Both the position numbers and the translations under genes were made by a program. A DNA stretch of 30,272 bases. It comes from a virus. The stretch lies in IMG/VR virus record IMGVR_UViG_3300040804_000001, one strand, 5' to 3'. Shown here in pieces: positions 29,497-30,272 of the stretch. The notes under the pieces are model-generated. The model searched no databases. It was not told where the DNA came from and saw only the letters and a program-made list of their open reading frames with translations. Each line of letters begins with the position of its first letter. Position 1 is the first letter of the stretch.

Positions 29497-30021
29497 GTGA
29501 AAGAGCAAGCGGCAATCGACCTACTATCTGACCAAGAGTTATATGAACTCGCGCAGAAGCTATGCAATTGCCCTGACGACCTTATACAAGAGGTGGTTCT
29601 TCTTTTACTGGAGATGCCCGAAGAGAAATGGCAACAGATAAACGAAGGCGGATACTTGAGGTTCTACATCGTGAGGACGATGATGACAATGGCGACCAGT
29701 AAACGCTCCAGCTTTTCAAAACTCTACGACCTCCACAACCATAAGAAGGTAGACCACGAGCGGGAAGATTACGACTGGGATAAGGAAAACGACATTACCC
29801 TTTTAGAGATTCTAATCGAGGAACTTCATTGGTACGACAAGGAGGTTCTTAAACTATGGCTGGAAGAAGGCAGCTACCGAAAGGTAGGCAAGAAGGTAGA
29901 TATACCTTATAAGTCAATTGGAAACACAGTTAATAAAGCACTTGAACAACTTAGAGACAACTACTATGCTATACATCTTGAGCGCATTATCCGCGAGCGT
30001 TGTCGCTTACCTTTGGATTGA
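29497..30021 (+). CDS. Sigma-70 family (ECF-like, region 4 HTH) transcription factor candidate
   Basis: GTG start. The C-terminal VLKLWLEEGSYRKVGKKVDIPYKSIGNTVNKALEQLRDNY is a region 4.2-type HTH. The N-terminal half (YLRFYIVRTMM) is compatible with region 2 but divergent. Confidence 0.55.
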   Translation: MKEQAAIDLLSDQELYELAQKLCNCPDDLIQEVVLLLLEMPEEKWQQINEGGYLRFYIVRTMMTMATSKRSSFSKLYDLHNHKKVDHEREDYDWDKENDITLLEILIEELHWYDKEVLKLWLEEGSYRKVGKKVDIPYKSIGNTVNKALEQLRDNYYAIHLERIIRERCRLPLD

Positions 30022-30220
30022 GGTTTTCGGAATCGACCTACTTCTGAAAAGGTGGATGGGAATGGACGAGAGCCAGTCTTTGAAGCCGTTGGACTGCCGT
30101 TTGTGTATGTCCTTTTGGTTCGGCATGGTGATGTGCTGCTTTCACGAACCTGAGGCTCTTCTTTACGTTCCTCTTCTGAGTGTGTTCTTTGAGCGATTGA
30201 TGTGGAAATTCGAACTATAA
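29966..30220 (+). CDS. Small membrane protein (DUF1360-like CxxC-S-W motif)
   Basis: From ATG 29966: MLYILSALSASVVAYLWIEVF...LKPLDCRLCMSFWFGMVMCCF. It has two or three hydrophobic helices, overlaps the sigma-like gene by 56 nt and runs into the terminal repeat. Confidence 0.4.
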   Translation: MLYILSALSASVVAYLWIEVFGIDLLLKRWMGMDESQSLKPLDCRLCMSFWFGMVMCCFHEPEALLYVPLLSVFFERLMWKFEL

Positions 30221-30272
30221 CCGACTACCTGAAGGAAAACGGGTGGTATGAAATTCTAAGCATGGACAAAAA
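30156..30272. repeat. Terminal direct repeat, copy 2 (identical to 1..117)
   Basis: Exact 117-nt match to the window start. It carries the 3' end of the 29966..30220 ORF and the 5' end of a second copy of the 47..388 ORF. Confidence 0.95.

Noticed and set aside
1-30272. Lysogeny module (integrase, excisionase, attP)
   Set aside because: I looked for tyrosine or serine recombinase motifs in all ORFs over 150 aa and found none. A single small HTH protein is not enough to call a temperate lifestyle.

Overview
The window is a complete tailed-phage genome of about 30.2 kb. Bases 1-117 repeat exactly at 30156-30272, so the unique unit is 30155 bp, either a circular or permuted assembly overlap or a short terminal repeat. 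Every credible gene is on the + strand and packing is tight, with many ATGA, TAATG or GTGA start/stop overlaps. Start codons are preceded by A-rich leaders with no Shine-Dalgarno sequence, and TAnnTTTG-like boxes sit in the larger intergenic gaps. From this I infer a Bacteroidota (Flavobacteriia-like) host, but I cannot prove it. Modules in order: (i) small genes, then a ParB-like gene and a GT-A-like glycosyltransferase lying in a low-GC island (about 930-2112). (ii) Small and large terminase (2115-3716). (iii) Tail and baseplate-like genes, including a tail-assembly-chaperone-like ORF with a T9A slippery run and an open -1 frame, plus a 640-aa tape-measure-like protein (3811-12178). (iv) XkdF-like protease, scaffold, major capsid protein, and a tail-tube-like protein bracketed by hairpin terminators (12175-14984). 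(v) A portal with a MuF-like C-terminus, connector-like genes and a Gly8-bearing putative fibre (15030-20510). (vi) A lysis cassette of holin, GH24 endolysin and an overlapping lipoprotein-like gene (20544-21868), followed by a metallophosphoesterase. (vii) An early region with two near-identical promoter/operator elements. It encodes a recombination set: an SSAP-like protein, a YqaJ exonuclease, a 96-aa protein ending in the SSB tip DDGDLPF, and NinG. It also encodes DNA-binding proteins (HTH, wHTH, DnaA domain IV-like), a low-GC HNH endonuclease, a replisome organiser containing a 12-bp iteron-like array, a DnaC-like ATPase and a sigma-70 region-4-containing factor. I saw no integrase, tRNA or CRISPR array. 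All functional calls come from motif recognition by eye. No searches were run.
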